Positions 8,594-16,872 of a DNA stretch of 30,011 nt are shown in pieces. Every line of letters begins with the position of its first letter. Within the stretch, counting starts at the first letter, position 1. Under the pieces are notes generated by a model. It was not told where the DNA came from. It worked only from the letters and a program-made list of their open reading frames with translations, and ran no database searches. The DNA is from an uncultured Candidatus Saccharibacteria bacterium (GTDB taxonomy: Bacteria; Patescibacteriota; Dojkabacteria; SC72), in contig CAYMBI010000001.1 of assembly GCA_964388655.1 (NCBI GenBank), positions 1 to 30,011 on the forward strand, written 5' to 3'. A program made the position numbers and the translations under genes.

Positions 8594-9607
8594 TTAAATT
8601 CTTTTAGAGAGATATTTCTCTGCTTGAATATCTGCTTTAGGCTTAAGTGGTTTCCACCAATCTTCATTGCTAACATACCAATCAATGGTATCCTTTAGCC
8701 AATCATCTACTGATTTACTAGGTTCATATCCTAACTCTTTCTTAGATTTAGAGAAATCGATTGCATACCTCAAATCATGTCCTTTCCTGTCTCCTACATG
8801 AACTATTAGTGATTCTGGTTTCTTTAGATATTCTAATACCTTCTTTACAATCCATATATTTGGTTTTTCACCATTACCTCCAAAGAGATATGTTTCTCCA
8901 ATGACTCCCTTAGTAATACACAACTCAATACCCCTACAATGATCTTCTACATGTATCCAATCTCTTACTTGCATACCATCTCCATATACAGGTAATTCTT
9001 CATCCATTATTGATCTGGTAATCATTAGTGGTACCAATTTTTCTGGGAATTGATATGGTCCGTAATTGTTAGAACAGTTAGAGATTGTAATGGGAAGTTT
9101 GTGTGTATGGAAATATGCTCTTACTAGATGGTCTGATCCTGCCTTAGATGCAGAGTAAACACTTTTAGGTGCATACCCCATCTCTTCATGGAATTTCGCT
9201 TTAGGATCATCTAAAGGTAGTTCTCCAAATACCTCATCTGTAGATACATGATGGAATCTAATACCTCCATTAGCTAATGCTGCTTCTAGTAGATTGAGTG
9301 TTCCTTCTACATTTGTTTTAACAAATTCTTCAGGTCCTTCGATACTTCTATCTACGTGTGATTCTGCAGCGAAGTGAACTATGATATCCATTCCTTTAGT
9401 AATGTCCATTACTAACTGTTTATCACAGATGTCTCCTTTAACAAATTTGTAATTGGGATTGTTTTCTATGTCTTTTAGGTTTTCTAGATTTCCTGCATAT
9501 GTTAGTTTATCTAGATTTGTAATATGGTCCTCAGGATATTTATTTAACCAATATCTTATGAAGTTAGATCCTATGAATCCTGAGCCACCTGTTATTAGGA
9601 GTTTCAT
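8594..9607 (-). CDS. rmlB: dTDP-glucose 4,6-dehydratase
   Basis: TGGSGFIGSN, DKLTYAGN, HFAAESHVDRSI, STDEVFG, YSASK, NNYGPYQFPEKL. Confidence 0.97.
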   Translation of the reverse strand: MKLLITGGSGFIGSNFIRYWLNKYPEDHITNLDKLTYAGNLENLKDIENNPNYKFVKGDICDKQLVMDITKGMDIIVHFAAESHVDRSIEGPEEFVKTNVEGTLNLLEAALANGGIRFHHVSTDEVFGELPLDDPKAKFHEEMGYAPKSVYSASKAGSDHLVRAYFHTHKLPITISNCSNNYGPYQFPEKLVPLMITRSIMDEELPVYGDGMQVRDWIHVEDHCRGIELCITKGVIGETYLFGGNGEKPNIWIVKKVLEYLKKPESLIVHVGDRKGHDLRYAIDFSKSKKELGYEPSKSVDDWLKDTIDWYVSNEDWWKPLKPKADIQAEKYLSKRI

Positions 9608-9719
9608 GTATTTATATACAGTTACAAATTATATGGCCTATATTGTGAAATAGGGTACTATATCTAATTGTAGAATAAAAGACTTCAAATTATATCGTAG
9701 AAATTATAAAATCTTTGAT

Positions 9720-10553
9720 ATGTCTCGAACAAAATATTATGTCCTAGATCATCATTCTATATGGGGATGGGAAAAAACAAAAGACACTTTAGAAGATGCA
9801 GCAATTGTCTTCGTATGGAATGATTTCACAATGGAGGAAGATGTAAGAAAATGGCAAGAGCAAGGTAAAAAGGTTATTTGCTTTGAACATGGGTGGAATG
9901 CTTTTTTTGATTATGAATACAATAATAGGCCACTAATTGCAGATGGGTACATATCACTCGGACATAGTACCTCAGAAAGCCTTTTTTCATGGGGTTTAGA
10001 CAATAGAAAGCTACTTGTTTCTGGCAACCCTAATTTTGATTCAATTGTGTACCAATCGCCTAGCAATAATATCCTTCCAAAAATTTTATACACTGCTCTC
10101 CATTGGACAAAAGATATGAGAGATTATAATAATTCCAAATTGAATGAAATAATAAGTGTCCTTTCTCCGTTTTCGGAAATCTCAGTAAAAACAATAGAGA
10201 AGAGCAAAATAGATATCCCAGAAACCATCAAGGAATGGAGGTCTAATATAAATGATAATACAAACTTATTTGCAGAAATAAAGGAAGGACTGAAAGAATA
10301 TGACATCATCCTAACTCCCAAGGAAAGTACTTTTGATTTCATAGCAATAAAAATGGGGAAGAAGGTCTTTCGAGTTGGCAAGAAAGAAGAATATGCAGTA
10401 GAAGGAGATCCAAATACGAGAAATATTCTGCAATTTTCAGAGATTTCAACAGACCTACTATATTCTAATACTCAACCTATGGTAGATTTAAATCATGAAA
10501 TCAGTCAAAGTCTTAAAATAGATGAAATTATTAAATGGGCAATAAATCTGTAA
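9720..10553 (+). CDS. Hypothetical glycan-biosynthesis protein, possibly GT-B / TagF-like fold
   Basis: 277-aa ORF with CFEHG and SGNPNFD motifs, reminiscent of the HG and GxPRxD motifs of CDP-glycerol transferase-like proteins. It overlaps the start of the next gene. Confidence 0.6.
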   Translation: MSRTKYYVLDHHSIWGWEKTKDTLEDAAIVFVWNDFTMEEDVRKWQEQGKKVICFEHGWNAFFDYEYNNRPLIADGYISLGHSTSESLFSWGLDNRKLLVSGNPNFDSIVYQSPSNNILPKILYTALHWTKDMRDYNNSKLNEIISVLSPFSEISVKTIEKSKIDIPETIKEWRSNINDNTNLFAEIKEGLKEYDIILTPKESTFDFIAIKMGKKVFRVGKKEEYAVEGDPNTRNILQFSEISTDLLYSNTQPMVDLNHEISQSLKIDEIIKWAINL

Positions 10554-13231
10554 AATCAATTTGGTCCTACAATAGCCCAACCTTTGAATTCACAAAAGAA
10601 TTACCTGTTAACTCTTCCGCCTGGAGTGGTCACTACTTCTTTGCATATGATCTTGTATCAAATGTAAAACCAAAGATAATAGTGGAACTTGGTACTCACA
10701 AAGGAAACTCCCTATTTTCATTTGCACAAGCAATAAAAGATAACAAACTTGATACGGAATTACATGGGATAGACTCATGGGAGGGTGAGAAACACGCAGG
10801 ATATTATGATGAAAGTGTATACGAAAACTTTTTAAAAATTTCTAAAGAATATTATAAAAATGTAAACATTGTTGCTCACAAAATGTATTTCGATGATGCT
10901 GTAACCAAGTTTAAGGATAGTAGTATCGATATCTTACATGTTGACGGACTACATACATATGATGCAGTAAAACACGATTTTGAAACATGGCTACCGAGAG
11001 TAAACAAAGAAACAGGAATTGTACTTTTCCATGATGTTTGCGAAAAATCTAGAGACTTTGGAGTATATATTCTATGGGAAGAATTAAAGAAAAGATACAA
11101 AACTATAACCTTTGATCATTATCATGGCCTTGGAGTTCTTTTTGTAAACAAGGGTTATAAAATAGTAGATGAAAGTGTTGAACAGTTATGGACAAAATAC
11201 TACCCATCGTTATCAAAGATTCAGGATTTAGAGGAAGAGATATATGATAAAGAGAATCATATTAGAAATATAACCTCGGAGAATCTTGCAAGATTAAAGA
11301 TGACGAAAGAGTTATTGGCAGAAAAGGATATATACAAAAAAGAAGCAAAAGAGTATCAATCCTTTAAACAAACAAAAATATGGAAAGGTTTAACAATCTA
11401 CAGAAAAATAAAAAGATATTTTAAGAACTTCTTCATAAATATCGTTAAAGATGGACCAATCATTACTATAAGGAGGATTATTAAAAGACTCAAAAATGTA
11501 TATGAATACAGACAGCAACTAGAGAAGAACAGAAATCCATACAAATATTGGCTTAAAAAGCACGAGATTACATTTAAGAAAAGATTCCAAATAAAAAGAG
11601 ACTTAGAAGATTTAGAATATAAGCCCCTAATTAGTATAGTTATGCCTGTATACAACGTTGATGTAAAGTGGATAAAGGAAGCAGTTAAGTCCGTAAAGAA
11701 ACAAATATATACCAACTGGGAACTATGCATAGCAGATGATGCTTCTACAGATCCAGAGCTTAAAAAATATTTAAAAAATATTTCAAAAGATTCAAGAATA
11801 AAAGTTACATTTCGAAAAAAGAATGGGCATATCTCTGAAGCCTCAAATTCTGCTTTAGAGTTAGCAGAAGGAGAATTCATAGCATTAATGGATAACGATG
11901 ACATAATACACCCGCATGCGTTAGCAGAAGTAGTGAAGTTGCTAAATGAAAAACCAGACACAGATTTTATTTATTCCGATGAAGATAAGATAGATATGAC
12001 AGGTAAAAGAGTAGAACCCTTCTTTAAACCTGATTGGTCACCAGATCTGTTTATGTCAACAAATTACATGTCTCATCTCTCAGTTATAAGGAAAGAACTA
12101 ATTGATAAAGTTGGGGGTTTTAGAAAAGGATACGAAGGTTCACAGGATTACGATCTCTTTCTAAGAATAGTTGAAAAAACAAACAGAATAGAACACATTC
12201 CTGATGTACTGTATTCATGGAGAAAAATTCCAGGATCTACTGCATCAGAATATTCTGATAAAGTATATGCCCAAGACACGACAATAAAGGCATTACAAGA
12301 TTCACTTAAAAGAAAAAATCTTAAAGGAGATGTTTATCAGGGACTTTTCCCTGGTTCTTTCAGGGTAAAATACAATATTAAGGGTAATCCACTTGTTAGT
12401 ATTATTATCCCCACTCTTGAAAAATATGAATATCTAGAGAGGTGTTTATCTTCAATACTCGAAAAAACTACATACGACAATTTTGAAATTATTATCGTAG
12501 ATACTGGAAGTAAAGAACAGAGGGTTCTTGAGTATTATGAATTATTAAAACAAGACAAACGAATTAAAATACCAATCTGGAAGGAGCGTTTTAACTACTC
12601 GGGAGTTAATAACTTTGGAGTAAAGCATGCCAAGGGTCAATATCTTCTTCTTCTAAACAATGATACTGAGATAATATCTCCCAATTGGATAGAAGGTATG
12701 TTGGAACATGCACAAAGGAAGGAAGTTGGTGCTGTGGGAGTTAAACTACTCTACCCTAACAATACCATCCAACACGCAGGGGTTATACTAGGTATTAATG
12801 GTGGTACAGGCAAAGGAGTTGCTGGTCATGCTTTCAAGTACTTCCCAAGAGAGATACAAGGTTTTCCCGTACAAAAAGATATTATTAAAAACTATTCTGC
12901 AGTAACTGCAGCCTGCCTAATGATAGATAGAAAAAAGTATGAAGAGGTACGTGGACTTGAGGAGAAATTTAGAATCGCTTTCAATGACGTTGATTTCTGT
13001 TTAAAACTTCTAAAGAAGGGGTACTATAATGTATACACTCCCTATGTAGAACTGTATCATCATGAATCCATTTCTGTTGGTACTCCAGAATCAAAGACCA
13101 GGGATAATGATGAATTTAGCAAAGAGATCGATTTGATGTACAAAAAGTGGGAGAAAAACTTACTTAATGATCCCTTCTATAACAAGAATTTATCTCTTAA
13201 GTCAGAGGATTTTAAAATATCAATAGAATAA
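10535..13231 (+). CDS. Fusion of class I SAM methyltransferase, coiled coil and two GT2 domains (WsaE-like architecture)
   Basis: MTase motifs VELGTHKGNS, GIDSWEG, DILHVDGLHTYDAVKHDF and VLFHDV; a charged helical linker; GT2-1 with ISIVMPVYN, DDAS and MDNDD; GT2-2 with VSIIIPT, LLNNDT and SAVTAACL. Confidence 0.9.
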   Translation: MGNKSVKSIWSYNSPTFEFTKELPVNSSAWSGHYFFAYDLVSNVKPKIIVELGTHKGNSLFSFAQAIKDNKLDTELHGIDSWEGEKHAGYYDESVYENFLKISKEYYKNVNIVAHKMYFDDAVTKFKDSSIDILHVDGLHTYDAVKHDFETWLPRVNKETGIVLFHDVCEKSRDFGVYILWEELKKRYKTITFDHYHGLGVLFVNKGYKIVDESVEQLWTKYYPSLSKIQDLEEEIYDKENHIRNITSENLARLKMTKELLAEKDIYKKEAKEYQSFKQTKIWKGLTIYRKIKRYFKNFFINIVKDGPIITIRRIIKRLKNVYEYRQQLEKNRNPYKYWLKKHEITFKKRFQIKRDLEDLEYKPLISIVMPVYNVDVKWIKEAVKSVKKQIYTNWELCIADDASTDPELKKYLKNISKDSRIKVTFRKKNGHISEASNSALELAEGEFIALMDNDDIIHPHALAEVVKLLNEKPDTDFIYSDEDKIDMTGKRVEPFFKPDWSPDLFMSTNYMSHLSVIRKELIDKVGGFRKGYEGSQDYDLFLRIVEKTNRIEHIPDVLYSWRKIPGSTASEYSDKVYAQDTTIKALQDSLKRKNLKGDVYQGLFPGSFRVKYNIKGNPLVSIIIPTLEKYEYLERCLSSILEKTTYDNFEIIIVDTGSKEQRVLEYYELLKQDKRIKIPIWKERFNYSGVNNFGVKHAKGQYLLLLNNDTEIISPNWIEGMLEHAQRKEVGAVGVKLLYPNNTIQHAGVILGINGGTGKGVAGHAFKYFPREIQGFPVQKDIIKNYSAVTAACLMIDRKKYEEVRGLEEKFRIAFNDVDFCLKLLKKGYYNVYTPYVELYHHESISVGTPESKTRDNDEFSKEIDLMYKKWEKNLLNDPFYNKNLSLKSEDFKISIE

Positions 13232-13233
13232 AA

Positions 13234-14094
13234 ATGATAATCACTCATCTTAAAGGTGGATTAGGAAATCAGATGTTTCAATATGCATGTGGATATGCAC
13301 TTGCAAAAGATTTTAACAGTATTCATAAACTAGATACCTCCTACTACTCTTCTATCCCATCTAATCATACAAAAAGAACTTTCGAATTATCCTTATTTAA
13401 TATTTCTTCACATGTTCTTAAAAAGTCAGAATTAGAAAGAATCCTTTCGAAGAAAACAAAATTGGATAAATATATGGATGATATTAAATCAAAATTTTAC
13501 ACAATATTCACAGGTATTTATCCAATTGAGAAATACTTTGGTGTAGAGAATTTGTATTTAGAAGGATATTTCCAAAGTGAAAAATTCTTTGTTAAGTACC
13601 GAGAAGATATTCTAAAGGAGTTTTCTCTAAACGGTAATCAAGGAGAAGAATACAATAGAATTTCAAAAAAGATTACAAACGAAAAAAGATCAATATCGAT
13701 GCATATAAGGAGAGGAGATTATGTAACAGATATCAAAGCCTCAAAGCATCATGGTGTTTTAGGGGTAGAATATTACAAAAAGGGGTTAAATATTTTGAAT
13801 ATAAGGAATCCTAAGATTTTTGTTTTTTCTGACGATATCGACTGGGTAAAAAAAGAATTTACTTTTCTTCCCAAAGATACGTATTTTGTATCTAAACATC
13901 ATTTCAACTCCGCCCAAGAAATAATCTTAATGAGTTTATGCAAACATAATATTATTGCAAATAGTTCTTTCTCTTGGTGGGGAGCATGGTTAAATCAGAA
14001 TAATAAAAAGAACATAATTGCACCTAAAAGATGGACTCAAAGCATACTTGCTGTCAATACAGATATTGCACCAAAGGATTGGTACAGAATATAA
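13234..14094 (+). CDS. GT11-family (alpha-1,2-fucosyltransferase-like) glycosyltransferase
   Basis: GGLGNQMFQY, EGYFQSEK, MHIRRGDY, VFSDD, NSSFSWWGAWL. Confidence 0.92.
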   Translation: MIITHLKGGLGNQMFQYACGYALAKDFNSIHKLDTSYYSSIPSNHTKRTFELSLFNISSHVLKKSELERILSKKTKLDKYMDDIKSKFYTIFTGIYPIEKYFGVENLYLEGYFQSEKFFVKYREDILKEFSLNGNQGEEYNRISKKITNEKRSISMHIRRGDYVTDIKASKHHGVLGVEYYKKGLNILNIRNPKIFVFSDDIDWVKKEFTFLPKDTYFVSKHHFNSAQEIILMSLCKHNIIANSSFSWWGAWLNQNNKKNIIAPKRWTQSILAVNTDIAPKDWYRI

Positions 14095-14193
14095 TTAAAT
14101 ATCTTTAGAATATTGCCTCGCGTTATAACCCATGAGAAAAAAGGTTGCTATATATATGGTTGTGAAAAAATAAATCCTGTATAATTCCTTCAA

Positions 14194-14877
14194 ATGAATA
14201 AATCCAACACATACATAACCATACCTCTATACAACGATGAGAAAATGATTCTCAAAGTAATAAAGTCTCTTCAAGATCATGGATATAAAAATATTGTAGT
14301 AGTAGATGATGGAAGTAAAGATAATGGATATGAGGTAGTAAAAAAGAATACAGATGTAATAATTGCAAAACATATAATAAACAGAGGACAAGGAGCAGCA
14401 TTACAAACGGGAATGGAAATAGCAATAGAAAGAGGAGCAAGATATATAATCAACTTTGATTCTGATGGGCAACACGATGTAAAAGACCTAGATACAATGC
14501 TAGATACATTAATAAAAGGTAAATACGATATTGTATTAGGATCTAGATTCTTACAAGAGAATGATATCCCATTAAAAAAGAAAATACTTCTTAAAGGAGC
14601 AATAATATTCACATACCTACTCTCTAGAATATGGTTAACTGATGTACACAATGGTCTAAGAGCTATGACATCAGAAACTGCAAAGAAATTAAACATTCAA
14701 CACGACAGAATGGAACATGCTTCAGAGATATTAGACAAGATTAAAATACTAGATCTTAAATATACAGAAGTACCAGTAACAATACATTACACAGAATACT
14801 CAATGGCTAAAGGACAGAGCGTGTTTAACAGTATAAATATTGCGTGGAGATTAATTTCTGCAAAATTAAGAGAATAA
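14194..14877 (+). CDS. DPM1-like GT2 (polyprenol-phosphate glycosyltransferase)
   Basis: IPLYND, VVDDGSKD, NRGQGAALQTG, FDSDGQHD, GSRF, TDVHNGLRA. Confidence 0.9.
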   Translation: MNKSNTYITIPLYNDEKMILKVIKSLQDHGYKNIVVVDDGSKDNGYEVVKKNTDVIIAKHIINRGQGAALQTGMEIAIERGARYIINFDSDGQHDVKDLDTMLDTLIKGKYDIVLGSRFLQENDIPLKKKILLKGAIIFTYLLSRIWLTDVHNGLRAMTSETAKKLNIQHDRMEHASEILDKIKILDLKYTEVPVTIHYTEYSMAKGQSVFNSINIAWRLISAKLRE

Positions 14878-15206
14878 TGGCTATCCAATATATCGCAACA
14901 TTCATCATCGCATTATTCATGGTTCAACTCTTTATCAAATTCTATAAAGATAAAGTAATATTTGGAAAGATTCTCGTTTGGATGACCTTCTGGGGTATTG
15001 CTTTATTTGTAGTGTGGTTTCCAGAAATAATCTGGCAAATTGGACAAGTGTCTGGAGTTGGAAGAGGTGTAGACGTGTTAATTTATCTATCAATTATATT
15101 TTTATTCTTTTTTCTTTTTAATCAAAATACAAAAATTGATAATTTGAATAAACAAATAACTAAAATTGTTAGAGAGGTCGCAAAAGAGAATGCAAAAGAA
15201 AGATAA
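14877..15206 (+). CDS. DUF2304-type small membrane protein (GacJ-like partner)
   Basis: Three TM helices, a GVGRGVDVLIYL motif and a C-terminal coiled coil. It starts at a TAATG overlap with the GT2 stop; start moved from 14844 to 14877. Confidence 0.8.
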   Translation: MAIQYIATFIIALFMVQLFIKFYKDKVIFGKILVWMTFWGIALFVVWFPEIIWQIGQVSGVGRGVDVLIYLSIIFLFFFLFNQNTKIDNLNKQITKIVREVAKENAKER

Positions 15207-16020
15207 TCCCCTAGTCTCAGTATTGATGACAGCATACAATGCTGAGAAATACGTAGGCTTAGCAATTGAGAGCATCTTAGAACAAACATATAAGAACTTT
15301 GAGTTTATAATAATCGAAGATTGCTCAAAGGATAATACTTGGGAAGTTATTGAGAAGTATTCAAAAAAGGATAAACGAATAGTTGCAATAAAAAACGAAT
15401 CAAATTTAAATGCAGGAGGATCATCAAACAAAGGTTTAAAACTTTGCAAAGGTAAATATGTTGTGAGAATGGACGCAGATGATTGGAGCTTCACTTATAG
15501 GATAGAAAAACAGGTTGAGTTTATGGAGAAACATCCTGAAGTCGTTGTTTCAGGCGGTTCAATGGTAATTTGCGACGAAGATTTCAATACGATGGGAATT
15601 AGGAGATATCCGCTCTCAAATGGAGAGATCAGAAATATAATATTAAGGTTTAATCCTGTTCCTCACCCAGCCTCAATATGGAGAAAGGAAGCTATAGATA
15701 AAACAAATGGATACCCCAGCAAACTTGGTATTTCTGAAGATTATGCTATTACCCTTGATATTTCTCAGTTTGGTGATTTAGCGAATATTGAAGACGAATT
15801 GGTGAAATATAGAATACATAGAAAATCCGCCACAAATGCTCGAATGAGATATATGCAGGCTGTTACTATCTACCTATCCTTTAAAGCAGAGTTTGAGTAC
15901 AAATTTAAACCTAAGTTTGGAGATCAAGTATGGAGATTAATACAGTTGCTAAGTATGTACACAATTCCCGTATTTGTGAAAAGGCTTCTTTTTAACCTTG
16001 CCTACTTTAAAAAGAAATAA
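15190..16020 (+). CDS. GT2-family glycosyltransferase
   Basis: VSVLMTAYNAEKY, IIEDCSKD, RMDADD and EDY motifs; likely start ATG 15190. Confidence 0.9.
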   Translation: MQKKDNPLVSVLMTAYNAEKYVGLAIESILEQTYKNFEFIIIEDCSKDNTWEVIEKYSKKDKRIVAIKNESNLNAGGSSNKGLKLCKGKYVVRMDADDWSFTYRIEKQVEFMEKHPEVVVSGGSMVICDEDFNTMGIRRYPLSNGEIRNIILRFNPVPHPASIWRKEAIDKTNGYPSKLGISEDYAITLDISQFGDLANIEDELVKYRIHRKSATNARMRYMQAVTIYLSFKAEFEYKFKPKFGDQVWRLIQLLSMYTIPVFVKRLLFNLAYFKKK

Positions 16021-16029
16021 TACGACAAA

Positions 16030-16806
16030 TTATTTCTTTTTCTTAAATTTGAACATCCCAAGTGAATATTCATTTTGCTTGTAATCACCTATCTTTACAT
16101 TTTTATGCAATTTCCCTAAATCATCTACGACATTAAATTCCACTAATTCAAGACCTTCGCAATAATCTAAGATTGTGTAAGGATTAAAAACGTGATGAGC
16201 ATTAAAGCAAACTCTTTCTCTACCGATCGGTGTTGATAAATAGAGATATCCTCCAGGTTTAACAACTCTGGACAACTCTCTGCATGCAATCTCTGGCCCA
16301 TCAATATTTAATCGGTCACCATACCTACCAAGACCTATATGCTCAATAACATGAAGGCAAGATACAGATTCAAGAGAATTATCTTCAAAGGGAAGATTCT
16401 CAATCTCTCCTTCAAGTAGCTCTAAATTTTCGATATCAGCTTGGACAGGTCTGATATCCAAGAAGTGAGCATTCGTAATACCTGCTAAGTAACCGCTCAT
16501 TTGATATGTAGAGCTAATATCGTAATGATCTTTCGGTTTTATCTTATTAACGTTATTAAATACCCAAAGCTGTTGGTATAGATATTGATAATCTACTCCA
16601 GTAATCTTTGTTTTTTCGTCTAGTATTGGATAAAGATCGAGATTGATTAACCAGGTTCTAGATTTAATCATATATTTGAATAGATCTCTTATATACCAGA
16701 AGATTCCATACAAGGAAGCCAAGAACTTGTTCATATCGACAAAGGGTAACAAAATCCTATACAAAAATAGTAATGGTTTTATACGTTCGACTGTTTGTTT
16801 GTTCAT
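16030..16806 (-). CDS. DUF268-like class I SAM-dependent methyltransferase
   Basis: LPFEDNSLESVSCLHVIEHIGLGRYGD and RVVKPGGYLYLSTP; likely start ATG 16806 (MNKQ). Confidence 0.75.
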   Translation of the reverse strand: MNKQTVERIKPLLFLYRILLPFVDMNKFLASLYGIFWYIRDLFKYMIKSRTWLINLDLYPILDEKTKITGVDYQYLYQQLWVFNNVNKIKPKDHYDISSTYQMSGYLAGITNAHFLDIRPVQADIENLELLEGEIENLPFEDNSLESVSCLHVIEHIGLGRYGDRLNIDGPEIACRELSRVVKPGGYLYLSTPIGRERVCFNAHHVFNPYTILDYCEGLELVEFNVVDDLGKLHKNVKIGDYKQNEYSLGMFKFKKKK

Positions 16807-16872
16807 ACTTATAATTAACAAGAAATTATTATATATTTATAAGGTAAAATCCTAAATTATAATACACCACAG

